DNA from: Abditibacteriaceae bacterium
GTDB lineage: Bacteria; Armatimonadota; Abditibacteriia; Abditibacteriales; Abditibacteriaceae
NCBI GenBank assembly: GCA_965277285.1
Contig: OZ255721.1
Location: 2,240,001-2,304,000, forward strand
Direction: 5' to 3'
DNA length: 64,000 bases
Part shown: in pieces, positions 28,581-38,875 of the stretch
Position numbering within the stretch: the first letter of the stretch is position 1
How the letters are laid out: every line of letters begins with the position of its first letter
Notes under the pieces: generated by a model
Databases searched by the model: none
Told to the model about the DNA's origin: nothing
What the model saw: the letters and a program-made list of their open reading frames with translations, nothing else
Translations under genes and position numbers: made by a program

Positions 28581-30533
28581 ATGTCAACGGAAAATAAGGC
28601 TCTTCCAGCGCGCAAAAACCAAACGTTCTGGCTGGCGCTTTTGCCGCTTTTGCTTGTCATCGGTTGGTGGTGGAAAAGTCACAGCGCGACACCGGCGAAG
28701 TCGGATGCCGCTGCAACTTCGTCGACTGATGCCAAAGCGCCCGATGCGACGGACACCAAAGCGGCGCCAATTGATGTTCAAGTGGTTCCTGCCATGTTGC
28801 GCCCGATAGAAGATGTGGTGACGGCGCAAGGCAATTTGACAGCGGGACAAGGTGCCAGCGCGCGTATCGCGGTGATGACGGCGGGGCGCATCAATCGAGT
28901 ACTCGTTCGCGAAGGCGACCACGTGCAAGCCGGGCAACTAGTCGCCCTGGTCGATAATCGCGCGGCAGCGGCAGCCGAACGCAGCGCATCAGCGGCGTTA
29001 TCAGCGTCTTTATCTGATGCGCGACAGGCCGACATAATGATTCAAGCCACGCAAAGCGATCAAACCAATGCTTTGCGTCAGGCGCAATTGGGGCTGCAAA
29101 GCGCGATTACAGAACGCAATGGCGCCATCAATCAAGCGGAAAATGCCTTGCGTTCGGCGCAAAGCGATTATCGAAAAGCTGTCGCTGGCGCGCAAACCAA
29201 AGACGTTTCCAACGCTGTTCAACAAGCGCGCTTGGGCTTGCGCGCCGCCAGATTAGATCGGGACGCGAGCATTCAAACCGCGCGCAACGCTTTACGAACT
29301 GCACAAACTGCTCTGGCGAAATTGCGCAACGGCGCGCGTCCGCAAGAAGTTCGGCAAGCGCAAGCGGCTGTCCGTCAAGCGCAGGCAACGCGCGATCGCG
29401 CCGCAACCGAAGTTTCGCGCGTGCAGTTTTTATTCGATAAAGGTATCAAGGCCAAGCGCGAACTGGACGATGCACAGACCGCACTCAGCGTGGCGGAAGC
29501 GGCTTTGCAAACGGCGCGCGATCAATTGAGTCTGGTGCAGGCGGGCAATCGCAGCGAAGATATTCAGGCCGGAGAACTGGCGGTTCAGGGCGCGCGCGAT
29601 GCGCTTGATGCGGCGCAGCAAAGTGGAAACGCCAAAGTCGCGCAGGCGCAATCGGCGCTTGAATTGGCGCGCAACAATCTGGGACAGGCCACTCAGCAAC
29701 GACCCGAAGATGTGCGCGCGGCAGGCTTGAAAGTCGCGGCGGCGCGCGATGCTTTGGTTCAAGCGCAGGGAAGCGGCGACGCCAAAGTGCAAAGCGCGCG
29801 CGCCGCTTTAACGGCGGCCTCACAAGGCCAATTGCAAATTGCCGCCAAAAGCGAAGACGCGCGGAGCAAAGCCGCGCTCGCGCAAAGCAAAATCGCCGAT
29901 TTGTCGGCGGCGCAAGCGGCTTCGAGTTCGGCGCAATTACGCGCGCCGATTTCCGGTGTCATCACCAAGCGCAACATCAACGACGGCGAAATGGCCGATC
30001 CCGCGATTCCAGTACTCGAAATCAGCGATACCAACGCGCTCAATCTCAACGCGAACCTTGCCGCGGCTCAAGGCGCAAACGTGCGCCCGGGTATGGCGGC
30101 GCGCGTGATCGTGGAAGGCACCAAAACCGCGATTCCCGCACAAGTCGTCAGCGTCGGGCAAATCGATCCGCAAACCAATTTGTTGGCGGTGCGCATCGCG
30201 GTTCCTAACCAAAACGGAAACTTGAAAGTCGGCGCTTTTGCGACCGCGAAAATCGTGCTGCAAGCGAAACCTGCGGCGGTCGTGGTTCCCAAAGCGGCGC
30301 TCCTTTCGCGCGATGGCAAAGATGTCGTGATGGTGGCGGGCGATGACAATCAGGCGCACCAGAGAATTGTTCAAATTGGCGCCAATCGCAACGGTTTGGT
30401 CGAAATCGTCAGTGGCCTGAAATCGAACGAAAAAGTGATTCAAAGCGCTTATCAATTGGACGATGGCGCGCCGATTCGAGTACTCGAATCTAAGGAAGAT
30501 AAGCCGAAAAGCGATGATGGGAAAACACCATGA
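28581..30533 (+). CDS. RND periplasmic adaptor with extended coiled coil
   Basis: VREGDHVQAGQLV, GARPQEVRQA repeats, LRAPISGVI, VVVPKAAL. Confidence 0.9.
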   Translation: MSTENKALPARKNQTFWLALLPLLLVIGWWWKSHSATPAKSDAAATSSTDAKAPDATDTKAAPIDVQVVPAMLRPIEDVVTAQGNLTAGQGASARIAVMTAGRINRVLVREGDHVQAGQLVALVDNRAAAAAERSASAALSASLSDARQADIMIQATQSDQTNALRQAQLGLQSAITERNGAINQAENALRSAQSDYRKAVAGAQTKDVSNAVQQARLGLRAARLDRDASIQTARNALRTAQTALAKLRNGARPQEVRQAQAAVRQAQATRDRAATEVSRVQFLFDKGIKAKRELDDAQTALSVAEAALQTARDQLSLVQAGNRSEDIQAGELAVQGARDALDAAQQSGNAKVAQAQSALELARNNLGQATQQRPEDVRAAGLKVAAARDALVQAQGSGDAKVQSARAALTAASQGQLQIAAKSEDARSKAALAQSKIADLSAAQAASSSAQLRAPISGVITKRNINDGEMADPAIPVLEISDTNALNLNANLAAAQGANVRPGMAARVIVEGTKTAIPAQVVSVGQIDPQTNLLAVRIAVPNQNGNLKVGAFATAKIVLQAKPAAVVVPKAALLSRDGKDVVMVAGDDNQAHQRIVQIGANRNGLVEIVSGLKSNEKVIQSAYQLDDGAPIRVLESKEDKPKSDDGKTP

Positions 30534-33500
30534 AATTGACGCGCCTGGTGTGGCATCATCGCAAAGCGGTTCTGACCTTGGTTCTCATTTCGTGCTTGCT
30601 GGGCGGCTACTTTTCGGCGCATTTGCCGGTCGCCATCTTTCCTCAATTGACGGTTCCGCGCATCGTGATTTCGGGCGATGCGGGCGACATCCCGATTGAC
30701 GCGACCGTCACGCAAGTCACGCGACCGATTGAAGCCGCCGTCAGCACGGTTCCCGGCGTGACGCGCGTCGCTTCGACGACCAGTCACGGCAGCAACGGTT
30801 TAGATGTCACGTTCGCGTCCGGCACCGATATGCAGTTGGCGCTGCAACACGTTCAGGGCAAAATATCTGAAATCCGTTCGACCTTGCCCGCGGGCGCCAA
30901 TGTCACCGCCGCAGTGATCAATCCCTCGATTTTTCCGATCATGGGCTACAGCCTGAGTTCGGATCATCTGAGCCTGGTCGAACTGCGACGATTGGCGATT
31001 TACACGATTCGTCCGCGATTGGCGCGCTTGCCTGGCGTGGCGCAAATTCGCATCACGGGCGGCGATACGCCGGAGTTTTTGCTGTCGGTTCGACCCGAAG
31101 CTTTGTCCGCGCGCGGCCTGACTTTGCAAGACGTTCAAGATGCCGTCGCCAAAGCGAACAACATTTCGTCCGTCGGGCAATTCGATTACTCGTATCAGCG
31201 CTACGAGATTTTTGTGTCGGGGCTTCTGCGCGATGAAAACGATTTGCGCAACGTCACAGTGGCGACCAAAGGCAACGTTCCGGTTCTGGTTTCCGACATC
31301 GCCGATGTCTCGCGCACCGTCGCGCAACCGACGATTTTAGCGAGCGGCAATGGCAAGCCGGGCGTTGTTTTGAATGTCATCAAGCAGCCGGAAGCGAACA
31401 CGATCCAAGTCGCTCAGGAAGTGCGCGACGCCTTGCAGGAATTGGGCAAAACCTTGCCGCGCGGCGTTACCACGTCGTCTTTTTATGACCAGTCGCAAAT
31501 CGTGCAGGAATCCGAAAGCAGCGTCATCGAATCGATTCTGATCGGCGGCGTGCTGGCGCTTATGGTTTTGATGCTGTTTTTGGGCAACGGGCGCGCCGCG
31601 ACAATCGTGCTTTTGCTGCTGCCTTTGACGCTGCTCATCACGTTTAGCCTGATGAAACTTTTGGGCGAAACGCTCAACATTATGACGCTGGGCGCGCTCG
31701 CTGTCGCACTCGGTTTGGTGATTGATGACGGCATTGTCGTGGTCGAAAACATGTTCCACGAACTGGAACAAGGACGTTCGCGTCCCACCGCCATTGTCGC
31801 GGGTTTGCAGGCGATCACGCCCGCTATGGTCGGTTCGTCGCTGACGACGATGGTGGCTTTTCTGCCGCTGACTTTTTTGGGCGGCGTAACCGGACAATTC
31901 TTCGCGCCGCTGGCCATTGTCATGGTTGCCACGTTGTTTGTGTCACTGGTTCTGGCGCTTTTATTGACGCCGATTTTAGCCGATTATCTGTTGCCGTCCA
32001 AAACCACGGAACACGACGCATCGAGTACTCGAATTAGCAATCTGCAACGTTTCACGCGGTTTTTCCCGTCGTTGTTCGACCGCGTGGCCGTTGTTTATGG
32101 GCGCATTCTGCGCTGGGCGCTGGCTCATCCGCTGATTATTTTTCTGTTATTGTTGCCTGTCGCGCTGGGTTCGTATGGTTTGTTCACGCACTTGCAAACC
32201 GGCTTTTTTCCCGAATTCGATGAAGGCGCTTTCGTTATCGATTACAAAATGCCGCCGGGAACGTCGCTGGCCGAAACCGACCGCGTTTGTCGTCAGGTCG
32301 AATCTCAACTGAGCAAAACGCCCGAAGTCGCGGCGTGGTCGCGCTTGACGGGCGCGCTTTCCGGTTCCGGCCTGGAATTGACCGAGCAAAACGAAGGCGA
32401 TATTCTGGTGCGTCTCAAAGACAAACGCACGCGTTCTTCCGACGAAGTGATGTCCGATGTGCGCAGTCAGATTGAGGGCACGCAGCCGAAATTGCAAGTT
32501 GATCTGATTCAGATTTTGCAGGACGGCATCGGCGACATTGCGGGTTCGCCGTCGCCGATCGAAGTCAAAATCTTCGGCGACGATACGGCAGTTTTGACCA
32601 AAGTCGCGGGACAGGCGAACGACATTATTTCCAAGGTTCCGGGCGTTGTCGATTCCAGCGATGGCGTGGTCGAAAGCGGCCCTTCGATGACGGTTCGCGT
32701 CGATGGCGCGCGCGCCTCGCGTTATGGATTAACTGTTGATGCCGTGACTTCCGCGGCGCAAGCGGCTTTGCGCGGAACCGTTGCGACGACGCTGCAGCAG
32801 GGCGAAGAAGGCATTGATGTGCGCGTGCGCGCCGCTGGTGCCGCGAGCGATCTCGACCCGCAAAGTTTGCCCGATGTGCCGATTGCGGCTCCTGCGTTGT
32901 TGAGCAGCGCATCGAGTACTCGAAACGGTGGTACGGTTCCATTGCGTTCGCTGGCAACTTTAGAATTGCAGCCCGGAACGCCTTTAATTACGCGCGAAAA
33001 TCAGCAGCAAATGGTTGCGGTTACCGCACGTTTGGAAGGACGCGACCTGGGCAGCGGCGTGCGCGATGTGCAAAATCAGCTTTCTCAAAAACTGAAATTG
33101 CCGCCGGGCTACAGAATTGAATACGGCGGATTATTCGCCAGTCAGCAGGAATCGTTTGCTCAGTTAGGAACCGTTTTGCTGCTGGCGTTCTTGCTGGTAA
33201 CGACGTTGCTGGTCGTTCAATTTCGCTCGTTTCGCCAATCGCTCGCTTTGTTCTTCGCCGCGATTTTATCCCTCTTCGGCGTATTGCTGGGCTTGTTCGT
33301 GACGCAAACGCCGCTCAACATTTCCAGCTTCACGGGCGCCATTATGATCGTCGGCGTCGTCACGGAAAACGGCATCGTACTCTTCGATTTCTTCAATCAA
33401 CTGCGCGAACGCGAACCGCAGCGTCCTCCCATCGAATTGATGGCCGAAGCCGGACAAGCGCGCCTGCGCCCGATTTTGATGACGACCATCGGCGCGATTT

Positions 33501-33718
33501 TAGCGTTGTTCCCGCTGGCTTTAGGCCTGGGCGCGGGCGCTGCGATGCAGAAACCTTTGGCCGTTGCCGTCATTGGCGGACTTTCGGTTTCGACCTTGTT
33601 TACCTTGATTGTCGCGCCCGTTTTATATGTAGCAAGCGAAAACCTGCGCGGCCCAATTGGTGGTCGCATGACGACTGCCGAAGCCGACTTTGCCTCTATT
33701 GAACGTGAACTGGGCTGA
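30530..33718 (+). CDS. RND efflux permease (CusA/CzcA/AcrB family)
   Basis: 1062 aa; GLVIDDGIVVVEN, FFPEFDEG, RLRPILMTT, PLAVAVIGGL. Confidence 0.95.
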   Translation: MKLTRLVWHHRKAVLTLVLISCLLGGYFSAHLPVAIFPQLTVPRIVISGDAGDIPIDATVTQVTRPIEAAVSTVPGVTRVASTTSHGSNGLDVTFASGTDMQLALQHVQGKISEIRSTLPAGANVTAAVINPSIFPIMGYSLSSDHLSLVELRRLAIYTIRPRLARLPGVAQIRITGGDTPEFLLSVRPEALSARGLTLQDVQDAVAKANNISSVGQFDYSYQRYEIFVSGLLRDENDLRNVTVATKGNVPVLVSDIADVSRTVAQPTILASGNGKPGVVLNVIKQPEANTIQVAQEVRDALQELGKTLPRGVTTSSFYDQSQIVQESESSVIESILIGGVLALMVLMLFLGNGRAATIVLLLLPLTLLITFSLMKLLGETLNIMTLGALAVALGLVIDDGIVVVENMFHELEQGRSRPTAIVAGLQAITPAMVGSSLTTMVAFLPLTFLGGVTGQFFAPLAIVMVATLFVSLVLALLLTPILADYLLPSKTTEHDASSTRISNLQRFTRFFPSLFDRVAVVYGRILRWALAHPLIIFLLLLPVALGSYGLFTHLQTGFFPEFDEGAFVIDYKMPPGTSLAETDRVCRQVESQLSKTPEVAAWSRLTGALSGSGLELTEQNEGDILVRLKDKRTRSSDEVMSDVRSQIEGTQPKLQVDLIQILQDGIGDIAGSPSPIEVKIFGDDTAVLTKVAGQANDIISKVPGVVDSSDGVVESGPSMTVRVDGARASRYGLTVDAVTSAAQAALRGTVATTLQQGEEGIDVRVRAAGAASDLDPQSLPDVPIAAPALLSSASSTRNGGTVPLRSLATLELQPGTPLITRENQQQMVAVTARLEGRDLGSGVRDVQNQLSQKLKLPPGYRIEYGGLFASQQESFAQLGTVLLLAFLLVTTLLVVQFRSFRQSLALFFAAILSLFGVLLGLFVTQTPLNISSFTGAIMIVGVVTENGIVLFDFFNQLREREPQRPPIELMAEAGQARLRPILMTTIGAILALFPLALGLGAGAAMQKPLAVAVIGGLSVSTLFTLIVAPVLYVASENLRGPIGGRMTTAEADFASIERELG

Positions 33719-33810
33719 TAAACTGGGTTTACGAAAGGCCATCAAGTACTCGATTGGTGATGTAATATGTGTTTAAGAAATTAATTGCTAAAATAAGTTA
33801 GCTCGCCTGT

Positions 33811-33838
33811 TTGAAAAAAACATCTTTCTGGGTATAAT
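33811..33838 (+). promoter_or_regulatory. Sigma70-like promoter (duplicated near 35180-35207)
   Basis: TTGAAA-N16-TATAAT; the same block recurs upstream of the second DUF1559 gene. Confidence 0.55.
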
Positions 33839-34028
33839 GTATTAACACTGTCAAGTACTGGTTTGCTTTGTAAGCAGTGCAAAGTAAACTTGAAGAATCG
33901 GTATCACCTTTTCAAGAAGTTACAAAAAAGTTACAAAAGATGTTTGAAAACTTCCGAGGATGGGTATAATTATTTAGGATACCGGTATTTTGTCAGGATA
34001 AAGCCTGCGGAATTCCAAGGAGAAAGAG

Positions 34029-34856
34029 ATGAGAAATGTTTCCCGATGTTCCGCTGTTGCCTCAGCGCCACAGATGCGCAAGCGTGGTTTCACGTTGATC
34101 GAGTTGCTGGTTGTTATCGCCATTATTGCGATTTTGGCGGCGATTTTGTTTCCGGCGTTTGCCAAAGCACGCGAAAGTGCCCGTCGTGCGAGTTGCTCCA
34201 GTAACCTGAAGCAGATCGGCATCGGCCTTATGCAGTACACGCAGGAATACGATGAAAAGTATCCTGCGCTGATCAACAATTACGTTGTCGGCGGCAGTAG
34301 CAACGGCCAAAGCATTGATCCCAACGCATCCTGGCAACAAGTCCTCCAGCCTTACCTCAAGAGCACCGATCTTTTTAGGTGTCCTTCCAACTCGTTAAGC
34401 GGACAGAATTGCGTCAACGCCGTTGCGGCTTTGAACGCGCCCGCAATACCGAAATCCTACGCCGCCAATATGCGTCTGATCTCGGGTGTGGGCTGGATGC
34501 CTCCAGGCGGATTGTCAGTCGCTGTCCTTACCGCGCCCGCGACCAGAATCGCGGTCGGCGAAGCTGCTAACGCCGCCATGGGCTGGCCTGATTGGGGGAA
34601 TACTGGCGTTGGGAACTGGGCCAATGAAGGTTTTGCCGGCCACCTGGGCACCATGAACCTTCTTTATGCGGACGGCCATGTTAAATCCATGAGACCCGGC
34701 GCCACTATGTCTCCCGTCAATCAATGGGGCTGGATGGCTGATCAAAATGATCCGGCAATCGGTTGCCATAACGACAGAGAGTTGGCGATCAATTGTGAGG
34801 TACCTTCGCAGGGTTCCGTGACCGGCTTGCAGGCGTTAGCGACGAAGTATCAATAA
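34029..34856 (+). CDS. Prepilin-type N-terminal cleavage/methylation, DUF1559 / H-X9-DG protein
   Basis: [60 protein letters not shown]. Confidence 0.93.
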   Translation: MRNVSRCSAVASAPQMRKRGFTLIELLVVIAIIAILAAILFPAFAKARESARRASCSSNLKQIGIGLMQYTQEYDEKYPALINNYVVGGSSNGQSIDPNASWQQVLQPYLKSTDLFRCPSNSLSGQNCVNAVAALNAPAIPKSYAANMRLISGVGWMPPGGLSVAVLTAPATRIAVGEAANAAMGWPDWGNTGVGNWANEGFAGHLGTMNLLYADGHVKSMRPGATMSPVNQWGWMADQNDPAIGCHNDRELAINCEVPSQGSVTGLQALATKYQ

Positions 34857-34885
34857 AGCCACAGTTATACCCTTCGTGGTGTGGC

Positions 34886-34921
34886 AGCAGGGAGCGCGAG
34901 TACTCGCGCTCCCTGCTTTTT
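34886..34921 (+). terminator. Intrinsic terminator that is a perfect 32-bp palindrome centred on GAGTACTC
   Basis: AGCAGGGAGCGCGAGTACTCGCGCTCCCTGCT followed by a T tract. Confidence 0.8.
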
Positions 34922-35311
34922 GTTTTTGACTCACACAATACGCTTTTGTTTCGTGAGCGACAGGTTTTCTCATTGGCTATTCGACATTGAACCTGCATAC
35001 CAAGTCCGGTGAAGTGCGTAGGCTACGTCTGCTAAGACGAAGAATCGAACACATATACGCCGTGAATTCGAGACCCAAGACTAATGAAAGGCCAATCGAG
35101 TACTCGATTAGCGATGTGATGTGTGTTTTAGAAACTAGTTTCTAAAATAGTTAGCTTGCTTGAGTAGTTAGCTTTCCTGTTTAAAAAAACATCTTTCTGG
35201 GTATAATGTAGTAACACTGTCAATTAACGACCTGCTTTATGAGCAGTGCAGAGCCGGCAAAGTCCGCAGACATACAACCTGCGAAGGCTTAAAAGGTTCA
35301 AGGAGAAAGAG

Positions 35312-36160
35312 ATGAGAAATGTTTCCCGATGTTCTGTCGTAGACTCGGCGCCACAAATGCGCAAGCGTGGTTTCACGTTGATCGAGTTGCTGGTTGTCAT
35401 CGCCATCATTGCGATTTTAGCCGCGATTTTGTTCCCGGCTTTTGCCAAAGCGCGTGAAAGTGCCCGTCGTGCGAGCTGCTCCAGCAACTTGAAGCAAATC
35501 GGAGTTGGACTCATGCAGTATACGCAGGAATACGATGAAAAGTACCCGATAAAGTACATCGATTACGGTGGAGGTGTAGGCACGGTTTGGAATCAAACCA
35601 TCCAGACTTACCTCAAGAGCACCGATCTGTTTAGATGTCCTTCCAACCCGGCGAGTTCAATCATCTCCGCTCCAGCACAACCCACATTGAACTTGCCCGC
35701 GGTACCGGCATCCTACGTGGCCAACCCACGTATCATTGCGGACCCCACTCAAGGAGACGGGACGAACGTGCTTTCAGGACCCGTTTCACTGGCAACTGTT
35801 CAGGCGCCGACCACCCGAATTATGATCACCGAGGGCAACTATCCTTACGGTGGTGGTGCTGGCCGCGCACAAGCTCCTAACTACAACTGGACTGCCGGTG
35901 GCAGCTACGATGCTTGGTATAGAGAACTCTTCGCCGGGCATTTGGGCACGATCAACTGCTTGTATGCGGATGGCCACGTCAAGTCGATGCGACCCACCGC
36001 CACCATGACCCCCGTCAACCAGTGGGGCTACCTGAAGGGCATGACCGACACCAACTCAAACGGCTGCTCCAGTGGCGACACGACGAACTGGATCAACTGC
36101 GTGGATGTTGACTCCACATCTGTAGATAACTTGAACCTGTTAGCGCAGAAGTATCAATAA
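35312..36160 (+). CDS. Prepilin-type DUF1559 / H-X9-DG protein (tandem paralogue)
   Basis: Near-identical N-terminus to the 34029 gene, [24 protein letters not shown]. Confidence 0.93.
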   Translation: MRNVSRCSVVDSAPQMRKRGFTLIELLVVIAIIAILAAILFPAFAKARESARRASCSSNLKQIGVGLMQYTQEYDEKYPIKYIDYGGGVGTVWNQTIQTYLKSTDLFRCPSNPASSIISAPAQPTLNLPAVPASYVANPRIIADPTQGDGTNVLSGPVSLATVQAPTTRIMITEGNYPYGGGAGRAQAPNYNWTAGGSYDAWYRELFAGHLGTINCLYADGHVKSMRPTATMTPVNQWGYLKGMTDTNSNGCSSGDTTNWINCVDVDSTSVDNLNLLAQKYQ

Positions 36161-36190
36161 CGACCATAGTCGTTCCCTTCGGGGAGTAGC

Positions 36191-36227
36191 AGCAGGGAGC
36201 GCGATTCATTCGCGCTCCCTGCTTTTT
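36191..36227 (+). terminator. Intrinsic terminator, paralogous to 34886
   Basis: AGCAGGGAGCGCG-ATTCATT-CGCGCTCCCTGCTTTTT. Confidence 0.8.
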
Positions 36228-36380
36228 GTATTTACTCTGCATAATACACTTTTGCTTTATGCAGCGAAGGTTTTCTGATCGCCTGCTCTGGATCAAGACC
36301 TTCGTACCAGTCAGTCTAAAACGCGTGAGCCATGCTCTCTAACGGGCAGTTTTGCTGGCCGTGAAACTGTCTTTGAGAGG

Positions 36381-37136
36381 TTACGCACTTTTCGTGGTGA
36401 GAACGGCCTCATCTTTTTTGGTGATCGTCAAGTAAACGACCAGTCCCAGAATGGCGACCAGAAACAAGGCGCTGGTTCCAACAGTTCCCATCCCTAAACC
36501 GCCATCTTTGTGAGACTGCGAAAGGAGGTCGCCCATTGAGGCGCCCAAGGGTCGGGTTAAGATATAAGCAAGCCAGAACGCCAGAATCGCGTTCAATTTA
36601 AACAGCACGCGCGCACCAGCGATGACGACGATCAATCCGGCGAACAGCAAAACTGACAACGGGTAGCCCAGGTGCATTCGTTCGCCAATCAGGTCGCCGG
36701 CTGCCGTGCCCAAAGCGAAAGTAAACAAAATGGCCGCCCAGTAAAATGCTTCTCGGCGCGTGGTATCGATTTCGTGAACGGAAAGAGTTTTCTCGACCGC
36801 ATACCAAACGGCGGAGGTGACGGCTAAGCACATGCTGAAGACAACCGTGGACGTGATCAGAGAAACGCCGAAATGATCCGTCAGGTTGTCAGTAATCAGG
36901 GTTCCGACGACGCTCAGCAGCACGACGGCCAGCCAGTAAAGACCAGCCACGTATTTTCGCGCCCGGAGCTGAAAAACCAGCGTGATGATGAGCAAGCTGC
37001 CCATCATATAAGTCGTGTTGGTCAAGCCAAAGTGCAGATTTTCGTTGAGAGAATCAGCGAACGTTCCGCCCACCGTCGTGCACAAAACTTTGACAATTCA
37101 AAAGTAGAGAGTAACTTTTGGCACTTTGTTGAGCAT
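36381..37136 (-). pseudogene. DUF347/COG4705 membrane protein with in-frame TGA at codon 13
   Basis: MLNKVPKVTLYF*IVKVLCTTVG...RREAFYWAAILFTFALGTAAGD...LTRPLGAS. The stop (37098-37100) falls where the family has Trp. Confidence 0.8.
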
Positions 37137-37222
37137 CTCAAAGCTTGACGACGCCGCGTTATATTGTGCAATGACACTGATTCTATTGCTCTGTTGGTTC
37201 TAATAACTCGACGTTGCTCGCT

Positions 37223-37312
37223 CTTGTGCAAATGCAACTTGTGCAAATGCAACTTGTGCAAATGCAACTTGTGCAAATGCAACTTGTGCAAATGCAACTT
37301 GTGCAAATGCAA
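37223..37312. repeat. Tandem repeat, 6 perfect copies of CTTGTGCAAATGCAA
   Basis: 15-bp unit, no spacers. Confidence 0.97.
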
Positions 37313-37502
37313 AGAACTATGTCGAACGCACCGCAGTGTGCCTTTTTGTTAATGCGGTCATGCGTCGTCTTTTATCCTGGATTTTTATGGTGCGTCCCTT
37401 TCTCATCTCAAAATAATTTTCTGTGACCCGAAGGACACGCGTTAAACCTTGAGGACGCCTTTATCGAGTACTCGATAAGGAAGTTCAGTGTTTCTGTGGA
37501 AA

Positions 37503-37530
37503 TTCTCAAGCGTTTCTCATGGCTTTCTCA
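37503..37530 (+). promoter_or_regulatory. Putative OmpR/PhoB-type binding site
   Basis: TTCTCA at 37503, 37514 and 37525 (11-bp period), upstream of the PepSY-RR-HK genes. Confidence 0.55.
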
Positions 37531-37601
37531 AAGCTATGCGATGTAATAAGCAGTGGCAAGAACGCCTTAAATCTGAAAGAGGTGTCGGTCAGGAGAAAAC
37601 C

Positions 37602-38015
37602 ATGAAGAAGCAAATGGAAAAAGCGTCATCGATTCGTGCTCTGGCGGGCGGCGTCGGATTGTTGACGACGTTGGGCCTGACGGTTTCAACGATGGCCGTC
37701 GTGTCGGCGAAAAGTGTGCCTCACTTTCGCGTTACGGCAGCGCAGGCGACAGCCGCCGTGCTGAAGAAATTCCCCGGCCATTTGACCGAGAAGACGCATT
37801 TGGAAGATGAAGAAGGCACCTGGCAATATAGCGTGATGGTGCGCTCGGGAAGGATTCTGCGCGAAGTTATGGTGGATGCGAAAACTGGCAGAATCGCTAA
37901 TGTGGAAGCGACAACTTCGGGCAAAGAGCAAGCGGAAAAGAAAACCGACGCTGCCGATGAAGCTGCAGCACGGCGCAAGCAAACCGGCATGACCTCGAAG
38001 AAGTCGGGTCAGTAA
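37602..38015 (+). CDS. PepSY-domain exported protein
   Basis: RBS AGGAG, signal/TM segment, VTAAQATAAVLKKFPG...LEDEEGTWQYSV...EVMVDAKTGRI. Confidence 0.85.
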   Translation: MKKQMEKASSIRALAGGVGLLTTLGLTVSTMAVVSAKSVPHFRVTAAQATAAVLKKFPGHLTEKTHLEDEEGTWQYSVMVRSGRILREVMVDAKTGRIANVEATTSGKEQAEKKTDAADEAAARRKQTGMTSKKSGQ

Positions 38016-38041
38016 AACGAAGCTATTCCGATGACAGGAAG

Positions 38042-38076
38042 CAAGAGGATGGAGGAATTGTTCCTTCATCCTCTTG
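38042..38076 (+). terminator. Hairpin after the PepSY gene
   Basis: CAAGAGGATGGAGGAA-TTG-TTCCTTCATCCTCTTG. Confidence 0.55.
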
Positions 38077-38184
38077 TGGCATGGCCGTTGGATAAAAAGC
38101 CTTTAAGAGAAAATTTTGATCTACAATTTTAGCCGTCGCCGGTCATTTAGTACAATCGAGTACTCGATGAGGTGAAAAGAAACC

Positions 38185-38859
38185 ATGAATGTCTTGATTG
38201 TCGAAGATGATCTCAGCGTCGCGCGTTTTCTGAAGCAGGCGGCGAGCGAAGCCGGTTATGTTGTCCAAGTCGCCAGCGATGGATTGGTCGCTCTGCAAAC
38301 GGCGCAAACCACGCAATTCGATCTTATTTTGCTGGATGTGATGTTGCCCGGCCTGAACGGTTTTGAAGTTTGTCGCCGCTTGCGCGCAGGGAATATCCCG
38401 TCGCTGATTCTCATCATCACGGCGCGCGATGCGACCGAAGATAAGGTGGAAGGTTTGGACGCTGGAGCCGATGACTACATCGCCAAGCCGTTCAAAGTCG
38501 CGGAACTTTTGGCGCGTATGCGAGCGCTGTTGCGACGCGCTTCGTCTTCTTCTACGCTGCTCAAAGTTGGCGATTTGACGCTGGATCCCGCGACGCGCCA
38601 GGCTGCACGCGGCGGCAAAACGATTTTGTTGTCGGCAACCGAATATTCGCTGTTGGAGTATTTGATGCGTCATGCCAATCGAGTACTCGAACGCGCCAAT
38701 ATCCTGGATCACGTTTGGGCGTATGACTTTGGCGGCAGCGACAATGTGCTCGATGTTTACATTATGTATCTGCGCAACAAAATCGATAAAGACCAGAAAA
38801 CGCGCTTGATTCATACGGTGCGCGGCGTTGGTTTTCGCCTGGGCGAAGACGTTGACTAA
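38185..38859 (+). CDS. OmpR-family response regulator
   Basis: REC domain plus winged helix (NVLDVYIMYLRNKID, IHTVRGVGF). Confidence 0.95.
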   Translation: MNVLIVEDDLSVARFLKQAASEAGYVVQVASDGLVALQTAQTTQFDLILLDVMLPGLNGFEVCRRLRAGNIPSLILIITARDATEDKVEGLDAGADDYIAKPFKVAELLARMRALLRRASSSSTLLKVGDLTLDPATRQAARGGKTILLSATEYSLLEYLMRHANRVLERANILDHVWAYDFGGSDNVLDVYIMYLRNKIDKDQKTRLIHTVRGVGFRLGEDVD

Positions 38860-38875
38860 GAAGACGTTGATTCAA

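Noticed and set aside
37098..37100. TGA recoded as Trp or Sec
   Set aside because: TGA ends many intact genes here (e.g. 3160, 19158, 33718, 47625) and Trp is encoded by TGG elsewhere. A nonsense mutation or read error is simpler.
37223..37312. CRISPR array, or His-/Cys-rich peptide ORFs (LHKLH, CKCNL repeats)
   Set aside because: The 15-bp units have no spacers and there are no cas genes. The peptides are translations of the tandem repeat without clear RBS support.
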